Positions 23,884 to 32,000 of a DNA stretch of 32,000 nt are shown here, one piece after another. The notes under the pieces were generated by a model, which saw only the letters and a list, made by a program, of their open reading frames with translations, was not told where the DNA came from and searched no databases. How positions within the stretch are numbered: the stretch's first letter is position 1; the number at the start of each line of letters is the position of its first letter. This stretch comes from Klebsiella phage vB_Kpl_K32PH164C1. The stretch lies in the sequence record OY979429.1; one strand, written 5' to 3'. The position numbers were made by a program, and so were the translations under genes.

Positions 23884-24051
23884 ATGTTAAAAGAATCATA
23901 TATGCTGAGTGACGTAGTAAAAACGTTTACAGTAGCAGACGCCGAACATTTTATAGAGACTTATCTAAACGTGTACGACGTAGATTTAGCCTTCATTCAT
24001 AAAGACGGCCAAATCATTATGCAAACTGAACGAAATCACACACTCCACTAA
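23884..24051 (+). CDS. small hypothetical protein (55 aa)
   Basis: ATG 23884 favoured over the longer tracked ORF starting at 23662 in the repeat-rich leader. Confidence 0.6.
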   Translation: MLKESYMLSDVVKTFTVADAEHFIETYLNVYDVDLAFIHKDGQIIMQTERNHTLH

Positions 24052-24066
24052 TTAAAGGTTGACAAC

Positions 24067-24255
24067 ATGAAACGCTTTGTAATATCATCTAAACCAGCGG
24101 CAAAATTGAACAAAATGGCAGGTTCCGAACTGGTCAAAATGCAGCGCGATATAAAACGGCGTTACCGCTCTTATCAGCGCGGAGGTCAGCAAGGCTTGCC
24201 GATGATTTGGGATAACATGATGGCTTATTTAAAATCTTTACAAAATAACGTTTGA
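24067..24255 (+). CDS. small basic protein (62 aa)
   Basis: ORF, Lys/Arg-rich. Confidence 0.65.
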   Translation: MKRFVISSKPAAKLNKMAGSELVKMQRDIKRRYRSYQRGGQQGLPMIWDNMMAYLKSLQNNV

Positions 24256-24280
24256 CAATCCGCCGATAACGCTTTATTAT
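24252..24280 (+). promoter_or_regulatory. sigma70-like promoter TTGACA-17-TATTAT
   Basis: -35 24252-24257, -10 24275-24280, upstream of the 24421 gene. Confidence 0.8.
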
Positions 24281-24420
24281 AGAATCTCAATAAGCAATAC
24301 CGCTCTTTAAAAATTTGGAAAAGTCGATTCTCTCAGTAAGGGTAATTGAGTTTTCTGTTAACATTCTAAAACAACGGAGCGTTAACCGGATAACCCAATA
24401 AACTAAAATGGAGTAACAAA

Positions 24421-24681
24421 ATGCAAAACGTTAAAACCCCGATGATTGGTGATTCTGTTTTTATTCCTTTCGTTACTGGCGACGTAAGTAAGCCGGGAGA
24501 AAATGAAAAAATCGGATATATCAAAGGGGCGGCGATGATCCCGTTTGATAAAATCAATGCGGTATACGCCGAAACGGAAAAAGCAAAAAACAGCGATTTA
24601 AAACTTTATAGCGTTCGGGTCGATTCCGGCGACGTTGTAAAGGTTATTCGCAAAGATGATAAATGGTTAGCCGTCGCTTAA
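24421..24681 (+). CDS. hypothetical pre-early protein (86 aa)
   Basis: ATG with GGAG upstream. Confidence 0.8.
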   Translation: MQNVKTPMIGDSVFIPFVTGDVSKPGENEKIGYIKGAAMIPFDKINAVYAETEKAKNSDLKLYSVRVDSGDVVKVIRKDDKWLAVA

Positions 24682-24947
24682 CGGCTAATGTGTTTAACCC
24701 CGGTAAATAATGGGATGCTTCCCCTATGTTAGACTTCCGATGTATATTCCATGCAGCGCAAGCAATGTTATGGTGCGCAAATTAAACTTATGTGCTGGAA
24801 CTTATATCATGCTTTGAACGGCGATTGTGAGTTAACACGAATCTATAGCGTGAAATAGACGTAATAGCGTAATTATTAAAGGCAGCGTATAAATACAATG
24901 CCGCTTTAAATAGCTTTAAATTGAAAACTAAAATAAAGAGTTTTCGT

Positions 24948-24971
24948 TATATATTCTAGCTAGAATATATA
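24948..24971. repeat. 24-bp perfect palindrome TATATATTCTAGCTAGAATATATA upstream of A2
   Basis: Read directly; arms extend by CG/CG after one T-G pair. Confidence 0.9.
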
Positions 24972-25020
24972 GCGGCTAACTTTCTAGCCTTAACCCTTAA
25001 ATAAAACCGGAGAAATAAAA

Positions 25021-25428
25021 ATGACTGCTACTAAAACCGAAAAATTTGCATGGAACGAAACAAACGCCGCTACCGCCATTTCTATGTATGAAGGCATTAT
25101 TGCCGCCGATGGTTTGGAGGTGGCTAACTCGCAAGGTCTGATTGACATTGCTAAAGCTGTCGGCGCTGAATCTCATGTAAAGGTACGCTCTAAACTGGTT
25201 AGCGCAAAGGTTTATCAGAAGTCTGATAAGCCGCGTAAAGTCGGCGGCGGTTCCTCCCTGCGAAAAGCTCACTATGTGCGCGTTCTCACTCAGCACGCCA
25301 TCGCCGACGGCCTGATCGAGGACGCCGACGGCCTGGCAAGTTTGGAACAAATGAAGCTGGATCAACTGGACGTTATCGCCCGTATGGTTGGCGTTCAGGA
25401 TGAAGTAAAAGAATCAGCAGGCGAATAA
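25021..25428 (+). CDS. A2: pre-early protein A2 homologue
   Basis: 135 aa, located between small pre-early genes and A1; size and composition match recalled T5 A2. Confidence 0.75.
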   Translation: MTATKTEKFAWNETNAATAISMYEGIIAADGLEVANSQGLIDIAKAVGAESHVKVRSKLVSAKVYQKSDKPRKVGGGSSLRKAHYVRVLTQHAIADGLIEDADGLASLEQMKLDQLDVIARMVGVQDEVKESAGE

Positions 25429-25436
25429 ATTTAATC

Positions 25437-25456
25437 AGCGGGGAATATTCCCCGCT
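25437..25456. repeat. 20-bp perfect palindrome AGCGGGGAATATTCCCCGCT
   Basis: Read directly, intergenic after A2. Confidence 0.85.
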
Positions 25457-25467
25457 ATAATCTCCCT

Positions 25468-25713
25468 TTGACCGGAGTTATTAAAATGATCTTTTTCCCT
25501 ACTGAATCCATTATCTTTGTTCTCGGATTTTTCGCCGCCGCTTGTCTCTATGGTTACTATAATTTCATGGAAATAGGCAGTGAACAAATGGATTTATTCC
25601 GCCGTGATTTCTGGTTCAAGAAAGCGAATACTTGCCGCCGCTGGTCAATAATCTTTATTATTCTAGCCGTAGCGTTCGGAATATCAGCCAGTATTATTCC
25701 GGCAGTAGTTTAG
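25468..25713 (+). CDS. small two-TM membrane protein
   Basis: Hydrophobic segments IIFVLGFFAAACLYGYY and WSIIFIILAVAFGISASIIPAVV; between A2 and A1. Confidence 0.75.
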   Translation: MTGVIKMIFFPTESIIFVLGFFAAACLYGYYNFMEIGSEQMDLFRRDFWFKKANTCRRWSIIFIILAVAFGISASIIPAVV

Positions 25714-25743
25714 AGTCGCAAATTATAACGCCACCAGCAACAA

Positions 25744-25772
25744 GGCGTTATATTTGGCAATTCTGCCTATAT
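25744..25772. repeat. stem-loop TATAACGCC...GGCGTTATA
   Basis: 9-bp perfect arms between genes. Confidence 0.8.
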
Positions 25773-25795
25773 CCCATAAATGGAGAATTTAGATA

Positions 25796-27478
25796 ATGAT
25801 CATTGCACTCGAGAAACAAAAAGCTATTTTAACCGCTGCTAACAACCTCAACTTTTGGGGTAAACGTCTGCGCGCTAAAAAGCTGGAAATTTGCGACGAA
25901 TTGAGCAAAGAGCATTACGGGACGGCGAAGCATTCTAGCGAAATTTGTGACTGGCTGGATAGTAACAAGCCTGTTAAACCTGCGGCCGAAAAACGCGCCC
26001 AACGTGTTGCGGTGGAAGATTCCCGCCCCGTTGCCGCCGGTCAGCTTAATTCTAGCGTCGAAAGCTGGAAGGTAATTCCGGGCCGCCGTTTTCTGTTAAC
26101 GTCGATTCAGAATAATACCTTCCCTCATGCTAACTTCTGGAAAACCTTACAGGAGGCCGCGAAATACCTCGGCGCAACCCTGCTGGTTAGCAAATATGCT
26201 TACAACAAAAAAGGTTTTCAGAATGGGCAGGGCAACGATGATCTGAAATATGATGATGCTTTCTCGGATTTCATCTGTGATGAAAACGTGTTTTTGGGCA
26301 GCCGTGAAACAGGATTCGCATTCATGGCGGAAATTAATATTCTGCCAACTGCTGATTTTCCGCTGTCCGGCTTTGGCGAGACTGCGACCGCCTACGGCCT
26401 GAAAGGGCTGGCTATCGGTCACGCTAAAATCACCGCCGAAAGTGTCCCGGCAATGAAGGGCGACACTGTGCGCCGTATGTACTCAACTGGCACGGCGACG
26501 CTGAAAAATTATATTCAGCAAAAAGCGGGCCAAAAGGCCGAAGCGCTGCATAACTACGGCGCTTTGCTGGTAGAGATCGACGACAACGGCAACTTCTTTG
26601 CTCGCCAGCTTGAGACGATGGACGAAAGCGGGATGTTTTACGATCTTAACCATAAATTTACGGTTAACGGTGGCGAAGAAGTAACGGGCCACGTTGCCGC
26701 GCTGCAATATGGTGACATTCACGCCGAAAAGCTGGATCTCGCTGTCGCGGCGGCAAGCTGGGAATATAACCCTAGCGAAACCGCGCTAGTGGATATCCTG
26801 CGCCCTCGTTACCAGATTGTGCATGATGTGCATGATTTCACGTCACGCAACCATCATAACCGCGCTAGTGGTGTTTTCCTTGCGAAACAGTACGCCGCCG
26901 GACGTGACAAGGTAATTGACGACCTGATTGATACGGGCCGCGTACTGGAGCAAATGGAGCGTGAATTTAGCCAAACGGTCATTGTTGAATCCAACCACGA
27001 TCTAGCGCTTTCTCGCTGGCTGGATGATAGCAAAGCTAACATTCAACAAGACCCGGCGAATGCTCATCTTTACTATCGTCTGAATGCCGCGATTTATGAG
27101 GCAATCGAAAACAAGGACGATACTTTTAACGTGCTCGACTATGCCCTGCGCAATGTTGCTGGCTGCGATTTTGCTGCGATCTTCTTAACTACAGACGAAT
27201 CGATGAAAATCGCGGGCATCGAATGCGGTTCCCACGGTCACAACGGCATTAACGGCGCTCGCGGCAATCCGAAAGGCTTCCGCAAGCTCGGCAAGATGAA
27301 CACTGGCCATACGCATACGCCCAGCATTTACGGCGGCGTTTATACTGCTGGCGTCGCTGGTTCCCTTGATATGGGTTACAACATCGGCGCGTCTAGCTGG
27401 TCACAGACTCATCTTATCACCTATGAAAACGGGCAACGTACTTTGATTGATTTTAAAGACGGCGCTTTCTTTGCATAA
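25796..27478 (+). CDS. A1: pre-early protein A1 homologue (host DNA degradation / shutoff; metallophosphoesterase-like C-terminal half)
   Basis: 560 aa; HDVHDF...NHHNRAS...VESNHD...GHTHTP motifs; length and position as T5 A1. Confidence 0.9.
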   Translation: MIIALEKQKAILTAANNLNFWGKRLRAKKLEICDELSKEHYGTAKHSSEICDWLDSNKPVKPAAEKRAQRVAVEDSRPVAAGQLNSSVESWKVIPGRRFLLTSIQNNTFPHANFWKTLQEAAKYLGATLLVSKYAYNKKGFQNGQGNDDLKYDDAFSDFICDENVFLGSRETGFAFMAEINILPTADFPLSGFGETATAYGLKGLAIGHAKITAESVPAMKGDTVRRMYSTGTATLKNYIQQKAGQKAEALHNYGALLVEIDDNGNFFARQLETMDESGMFYDLNHKFTVNGGEEVTGHVAALQYGDIHAEKLDLAVAAASWEYNPSETALVDILRPRYQIVHDVHDFTSRNHHNRASGVFLAKQYAAGRDKVIDDLIDTGRVLEQMEREFSQTVIVESNHDLALSRWLDDSKANIQQDPANAHLYYRLNAAIYEAIENKDDTFNVLDYALRNVAGCDFAAIFLTTDESMKIAGIECGSHGHNGINGARGNPKGFRKLGKMNTGHTHTPSIYGGVYTAGVAGSLDMGYNIGASSWSQTHLITYENGQRTLIDFKDGAFFA

Positions 27479-27521
27479 TAAAAAAGCCGGGGTAATTCCC
27501 GGCTAATTAAAGGTGATTAAA

Positions 27522-27800
27522 ATGGCTGTTAAAACCAGACTCCCGAAGATGGTTAATGATTCCGATAGCGTAACATTGCAGCGCGTTATGTACGAGACTG
27601 TATATCGAAACGCTGGTGATCCCAACATATATTTAATGCAAAGCGAGTGGAGCGGAGTTTTTCATATAGTCCGGCCCCATGATAGTTTTGTTTCATTCCA
27701 GAACTCTAGCGACGCGCTAGAATATTTGCGGGAAGATGATATTCCCGATTTATGGAATGAAACAGATTTAATTTTCGTTGCTAGTATTGAATCAAAATAA
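27522..27800 (+). CDS. hypothetical pre-early protein
   Basis: ATG 27522 with AAAGG upstream. Confidence 0.75.
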   Translation: MAVKTRLPKMVNDSDSVTLQRVMYETVYRNAGDPNIYLMQSEWSGVFHIVRPHDSFVSFQNSSDALEYLREDDIPDLWNETDLIFVASIESK

Positions 27801-27828
27801 CCCCTAAATAAATAAGCTGGAGAAACAA

Positions 27829-28281
27829 ATGAAACTTACTTTCATCTATAACAACCGTAAATCTTTCACCGCGTCCAACGTCGTAGAAAATAGTCTGGTT
27901 ATTACCCGCGATAGCGAAGGGCGCCCGCATGTTAGCTATCAAAAAATCATTACCGTTGACGGCGCCACGGTATTAAAAGCCGTGACCGATATTCTCCCGC
28001 GCCCCGCTGATTTTAAAGAGTCGGGCATTATCTCCCAACTGGTAGCCGCTGATTCGATTCTTTATGAGGCTGATATTTGTGAAACCGTGGAGATTGACGC
28101 CGTAGCCGCTGGCCTTATGTTTATCGTCGTAAGCGAAAATGATTATGATGATACCTATCTACTCGGCGACGTGATGAACTACGGGGAAAGCGAGTATACG
28201 CCGCCGCTGGCAATCCTCCCGGTACTAGCTACCCGGATTAAACCGGCTGAATTAGCCGATGCCTTAACTTTATTCTTCTGA
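27829..28281 (+). CDS. hypothetical pre-early protein (150 aa)
   Basis: ATG with GGAG upstream. Confidence 0.8.
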   Translation: MKLTFIYNNRKSFTASNVVENSLVITRDSEGRPHVSYQKIITVDGATVLKAVTDILPRPADFKESGIISQLVAADSILYEADICETVEIDAVAAGLMFIVVSENDYDDTYLLGDVMNYGESEYTPPLAILPVLATRIKPAELADALTLFF

Positions 28282-28324
28282 TAATTAACAAAGCGAGTTA
28301 TAATATAGCTCGCTTGATTAATTA
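28282..28324. repeat. intergenic stem-loop TAATTAA..AAGCGAG/CTCGCTT..TTAATTA
   Basis: Read directly. Confidence 0.8.
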
Positions 28325-28347
28325 CCAACAACCCCGAAACCGGAGAA

Positions 28348-29070
28348 ATGAAAATGGCTTTTAATAAACTGGCAATCAAAACGATCAAGTTATGGGATTT
28401 AGACGGAACCGTTATTAATTCCTTTGCCCGTGTGTTCCCGTGTATGGATGATAAAGGGAACTTAGATTTAAACATGTACCGGGAAAAGGCTTGCGTACAT
28501 GATGCAATCATGACCGACACTCTTTTACCTTTGGTTGAATATATGCGGGCATCGCTTAATGATCCCACTGTATTAAACATTATTGTTACCGCTCGCTATA
28601 TGGGAAAAAGTGATTACTATTTCCTACGGAAACAACGTATCAGGGCGGGGCGCGGTGGAAATATCCAGATACTATCCCGCGATGTATTGCACCGATATAT
28701 TGGCGATGCTGATTATAAAGAGGTGTACTATGCAAAAGACGGCATCTATAAAACGCATTATTTCGAAATGCTTAAAGCTGAATACCCGAACGCTACTATC
28801 ACCATGATCGACGATAATAAAGGAGTGTTAGCCGCTGCTGCTGCTGCTGGCCTTCAAACGATGGATGCAACGGCAATCAATGATATTCTGTCTATTGGTG
28901 TGCGCCTTGCTGGTGAGTCATTCATAGATGAGGCGCTGGATGATGATAATGATTATCAATATCTTTGCGAGCGTTTAGCTCATTGCTGGGAAGGTATGAC
29001 CGAAGAAGAAAGAAATGATTATGGCGTCAAGCCTCAACAATTCATTCAATCGTTAGCCATCGCATCATAA
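28348..29070 (+). CDS. dmp: 5'-deoxyribonucleotidase (HAD family)
   Basis: WDLDGTVI motif I, IVTAR motif II, TMIDDNKG motif; 240 aa in the pre-early block. Confidence 0.9.
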   Translation: MKMAFNKLAIKTIKLWDLDGTVINSFARVFPCMDDKGNLDLNMYREKACVHDAIMTDTLLPLVEYMRASLNDPTVLNIIVTARYMGKSDYYFLRKQRIRAGRGGNIQILSRDVLHRYIGDADYKEVYYAKDGIYKTHYFEMLKAEYPNATITMIDDNKGVLAAAAAAGLQTMDATAINDILSIGVRLAGESFIDEALDDDNDYQYLCERLAHCWEGMTEEERNDYGVKPQQFIQSLAIAS

Positions 29071-29080
29071 GAAAGTTAAT

Positions 29081-29108
29081 AGTACCCTAGCGAAATAGTT
29101 AGGGTACT
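29081..29108. repeat. stem-loop AGTACCCTA...TAGGGTACT after dmp
   Basis: 9-bp arms, no long U tract. Confidence 0.75.
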
Positions 29109-29259
29109 AATAGTTAGCTAGGGGGGTAATCGGACTACCATACCACCCCCCAACCCTCTAAGCCCACCTCCATGTGTAACTTTATGAAATTTGGAGAAAA
29201 GGCTAAAGGGAGTACTTAGGCAAACTTAGGCCATCAACTAGCTGTTAAAAGGAACAGCC

Positions 29260-29706
29260 TTAATCAAAGCTACTACTGCTACTGCCGCTGTCGCAGTAAG
29301 AACTTCCCGAGTCATACCCGCTATACGTAGCAACTGCCGCGGTTGTAGCTATGATTGCCGCAGTCGACCCGTCATCGCTCCGAGAACTTCCCGAGTTCGA
29401 TGAAGAATTATTAGTTAGCTGCCGAGAACTTCCCGAGTTCCCCCGATTCTGTTTGCGTCTCGCTACCTGCGGTGTCACTGGAGGGATGTAGTACGGGTTG
29501 CTCGGGTCATTCCGAAGATCGTTCATGACTCGTTGGTGTTTCGAGATCGCTACTTGACGTTCTGCCCGAGTTTGAAGGATCTCTTGATGCAAACTTTTGT
29601 TACGAAGATCTGCCGCTACTACCGCGTTCCGCAGGTCATGTGCCCGAACACCAAACCAAACTGCTGCCAGGAAAAAGAATGTTGTGAAAATTAATACAAT
29701 AGTCAT
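29260..29706 (-). CDS. membrane-anchored protein with Ser/Gly-rich low-complexity C-terminus
   Basis: N-terminal TM, coiled coil, then SGSS/SSSN repeats; coupled to the upstream minus-strand gene. Confidence 0.75.
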   Translation of the reverse strand: MTIVLIFTTFFFLAAVWFGVRAHDLRNAVVAADLRNKSLHQEILQTRAERQVAISKHQRVMNDLRNDPSNPYYIPPVTPQVARRKQNRGNSGSSRQLTNNSSSNSGSSRSDDGSTAAIIATTAAVATYSGYDSGSSYCDSGSSSSSFD

Positions 29707-29709
29707 GTT

Positions 29710-29934
29710 TTACACCATACCCTTAGTAATGTAGATTTTGTTTGCTGATTCTAGTTCCGCTTTGCATTCAGACAGGTTTAACTGTGCCTTATGCAGCAAG
29801 CGGGTTTGGTTGTCATAAGACTTTTGCAACACCCCGTTAGTGCGTTCTAGCCGTTTGATTATCTTACCTTGCTTTACGGTGATGACAAATAGTACGATTG
29901 AGAGTAAAACAAGTGCTCCTATAACTACTTCCAT
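29710..29934 (-). CDS. small membrane-anchored coiled-coil protein (74 aa)
   Basis: VVIGALVLLSIVLFVITV TM, AGGAGG SD on the minus strand. Confidence 0.75.
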   Translation of the reverse strand: MEVVIGALVLLSIVLFVITVKQGKIIKRLERTNGVLQKSYDNQTRLLHKAQLNLSECKAELESANKIYITKGMV

Positions 29935-30047
29935 AGTGGTCCTCCTAGATGGTTTTAAAAAATCTGGTTTACTTGGCGGTTGATTTAATTTATAATAATA
30001 TTATATTATAAAAGTCACTTGTTAGCAAGTGAGATTTTGAGGTTTTT

Positions 30048-32000
30048 ATGGGCTTTTTTGCAGGAAGGATAGGGGACAAGAAGGTATTGTCTCTCACCTC
30101 GGGCAATAACAAGGATATTAACAACCACCTAAATAATGGTTGGGATACCATATTCCATAGCGACATGCCACACGTCGTCATCTTAGAGACCCATGAGGTT
30201 ACGCTCTGGGACGGTGGTGATTGGTATCGCTGTTCGCGTATGCCCGATAGGATTATTCAGGTACTGTCCGCAGACTACGACAGGGTTGTCTTAACTGAGG
30301 TTGAGTTTGAGGATGGTACTAGACGTTTCATTTACGGTACATCTCTAGGCGTGGGCGCTAAAGCGTATAACGCTTACTTTAGTAATACTGTCGGTTCCCA
30401 GGTTTCTGCAGGTACTATGGCTAGTATGAAGACTAACGTTTGTGCTTCTGCAGACTTACACATGGATATTAGTTTCTATTTCGAAGAGACGCCAGGTACT
30501 ATTAACGAGAAGCTACGAGATGGTACTGGGTGTATGTACACTTGGGGCGTTAACTCAGAATGGGGCGATAGGGGGCCGGGGCCGCCGGTTGGAGCTCCTA
30601 TACCTCCTAACTTTGAGACTATTATTAAGGCTGGATGGGTGCTCTATAGAGGGGCTTTTAGTGGCAATATAGCCGGTTCTGTGTCTCCGCCCAATAGACC
30701 ACTTACTATTGGTGTTGATGCTATGCGCCACCCATGGATGCGTACCACAGGAGTTAATAGTATATGTTTGCGTGGTGAGACCCTCAACCGTAATATGTAC
30801 GGACATATGGGGCCTAGATATGGGCAGAGTTCCAATCCGGTCGGTGGGCCTTACTCTCACAATATTCAGACAGAGTCTTATCAGGAGATTCAGTACAAAG
30901 CAGGTTTTTTCCGTGGTCCGCCCAATAACTTTATGGGGTGGGAGAACACAGATAACAACAATGCTGGTAGTGGTTGGGGTAACAACGCTATTTATAGGGA
31001 TAACAACTTCCGTGTTCCTAAGCGTGTTCGCTGGTATATTACTAATATGAAATACAATGGGCAGGGGTTCTATGCAGAGAACGTATTTGGCTCCCGCAAC
31101 CAGGAGATTAAAATCAGCCCTAGAGAGTTCATTGTAAACGGTATAAACCTAATGAACACTGGGTGGAAGTTTATAAACCAGAACGATATAAACTACAGCC
31201 CAGGTAATAGGCCTGATATCCGAGTTATTGCGACCAATGTTGCTAGATTTAGTGGCAACCCTACTGTTGGTAATAATGGATATGTTCACTTCAATCAGCC
31301 TCTAACTCGACCGGATAATGGTGCGGAGTTTGGGCAAGGTAACATAAGTGAGATGCATGTAACCACTGTAGGGGTTTACAATTTTAGATCTGATGCGCAG
31401 TGGTATGTAAAATCTAACCCACCGGAAATCGGAAACCAGTGGGGTCCAGTATGGTCTGAATCAACTCGACCTCTCCGCCTAGTGGGCGGTACCGGCTCTG
31501 CTGATATTGGGGGGAACCTACGTACTAGCGGTAATGCTAGTCACCACCTGGCTACCTTGTGGTTAGGGGTTAATAACTCCCGAAATGGGGCTTGCGTCGT
31601 CACTCTAGACTGGAAAAATGATGAGTGGATTGCTGCTGCAGGGACTGGATGTTATAACCCTCTAGAAGATCTTACCCAGTGGAGCGAGGTAGATAGTAGG
31701 CTGAGAATTTTCGGAAATCACTTCCAGAAACGTGTGCATCAAATCATGTGTCTTCCAGTTAACATGTGTGTGCCGTTCCACTTTATACGCGGGACTGTAA
31801 CCCAGTGTGGGGTTATTCCTGGGAACAACGCCATGCAAATGAAGGCTATGTGGGCGCCTGCTACTACCAACTCTGCCACTCAGGGCGATTATGCCATTAT
31901 CTATTGGCTGATAGCTAGGGCTGACGGTAGTGTTGAGGTTTGGGTTAACGTTGAGATGATCAATATCATGAACATGCGAGTGATTCTTCCTGAGGTTAGG
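30048..32000 (+). CDS. oad: receptor-binding tail protein pb5 homologue (3' end outside window)
   Basis: ATG 30048, 651 codons open to the window end, absent from ORF track. Translation MGFFAGRIGDKKVLSLTSG...IFHSDMPHVVILETH...PNRPTTIG...YVKSNPPEIGNQWGPVWSE...MRVILPEVR aligns by eye with recalled T5 pb5 (MSFFAGKLNNKSILSLRRG...IFHSDMSHVIITETH...). Confidence 0.9.
   Translation, partial: MGFFAGRIGDKKVLSLTSGNNKDINNHLNNGWDTIFHSDMPHVVILETHEVTLWDGGDWYRCSRMPDRIIQVLSADYDRVVLTEVEFEDGTRRFIYGTSLGVGAKAYNAYFSNTVGSQVSAGTMASMKTNVCASADLHMDISFYFEETPGTINEKLRDGTGCMYTWGVNSEWGDRGPGPPVGAPIPPNFETIIKAGWVLYRGAFSGNIAGSVSPPNRPLTIGVDAMRHPWMRTTGVNSICLRGETLNRNMYGHMGPRYGQSSNPVGGPYSHNIQTESYQEIQYKAGFFRGPPNNFMGWENTDNNNAGSGWGNNAIYRDNNFRVPKRVRWYITNMKYNGQGFYAENVFGSRNQEIKISPREFIVNGINLMNTGWKFINQNDINYSPGNRPDIRVIATNVARFSGNPTVGNNGYVHFNQPLTRPDNGAEFGQGNISEMHVTTVGVYNFRSDAQWYVKSNPPEIGNQWGPVWSESTRPLRLVGGTGSADIGGNLRTSGNASHHLATLWLGVNNSRNGACVVTLDWKNDEWIAAAGTGCYNPLEDLTQWSEVDSRLRIFGNHFQKRVHQIMCLPVNMCVPFHFIRGTVTQCGVIPGNNAMQMKAMWAPATTNSATQGDYAIIYWLIARADGSVEVWVNVEMINIMNMRVILPEVR

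Noticed and set aside
28179-28580. 133-aa minus-strand ORF overlapping dmp
   Set aside because: Antisense to two confident coding genes and the intergenic stem-loop; no independent evidence.

Overview
This window reads as a T5-like (Demerecviridae / Tequintavirus-type) phage genome, shown in the opposite orientation to the usual T5 map. (1) 1-19.5 kb is an early region: tightly packed, mostly small + strand genes with many 1-4 nt stop/start overlaps. Recognisable products are a spanin pair, deoxynucleoside monophosphate kinase, ClpP-like protease, T5-type holin and L-alanyl-D-glutamate peptidase, a thioredoxin-like protein and a Ser/Thr phosphatase. There is also a tRNA-Trp(CCA). Eight near-identical sigma70-like promoter/leader cassettes punctuate this region. 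(2) 19.5-21.7 kb and 23.16-23.9 kb are gene-poor and full of repeats. They hold 27-bp tandem iterons (TCGGATATGCACATA), a 35-bp-period repeat containing a Fur-box-like palindrome, DnaA-box-like 9-mers, a 10-bp-phased C4/G4 tract, and a ~110-bp diverged inverted-repeat pair bracketing ~2.2 kb. This matches what is expected of the T5 first-step-transfer / injection-stop part of the terminal repeat. A promoter followed by a strongly self-complementary ~110-130 nt transcript lies at its edge (19.58-19.77 kb). (3) 21.7-29.1 kb holds the pre-early genes, including A1, A2 and dmp homologues. (4) 29.2-32 kb has two minus-strand membrane-protein genes, then an open-ended + strand ORF (absent from the ORF track) that strongly resembles the T5 receptor-binding protein pb5 (oad). 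The best undescribed candidates are the structured RNA at 19.64-19.77 kb, the phased G-quadruplex/iteron array, and an untracked two-gene minus-strand microprotein operon at 21212-21489. All family calls come from sequence reading and recall; no database search was run.
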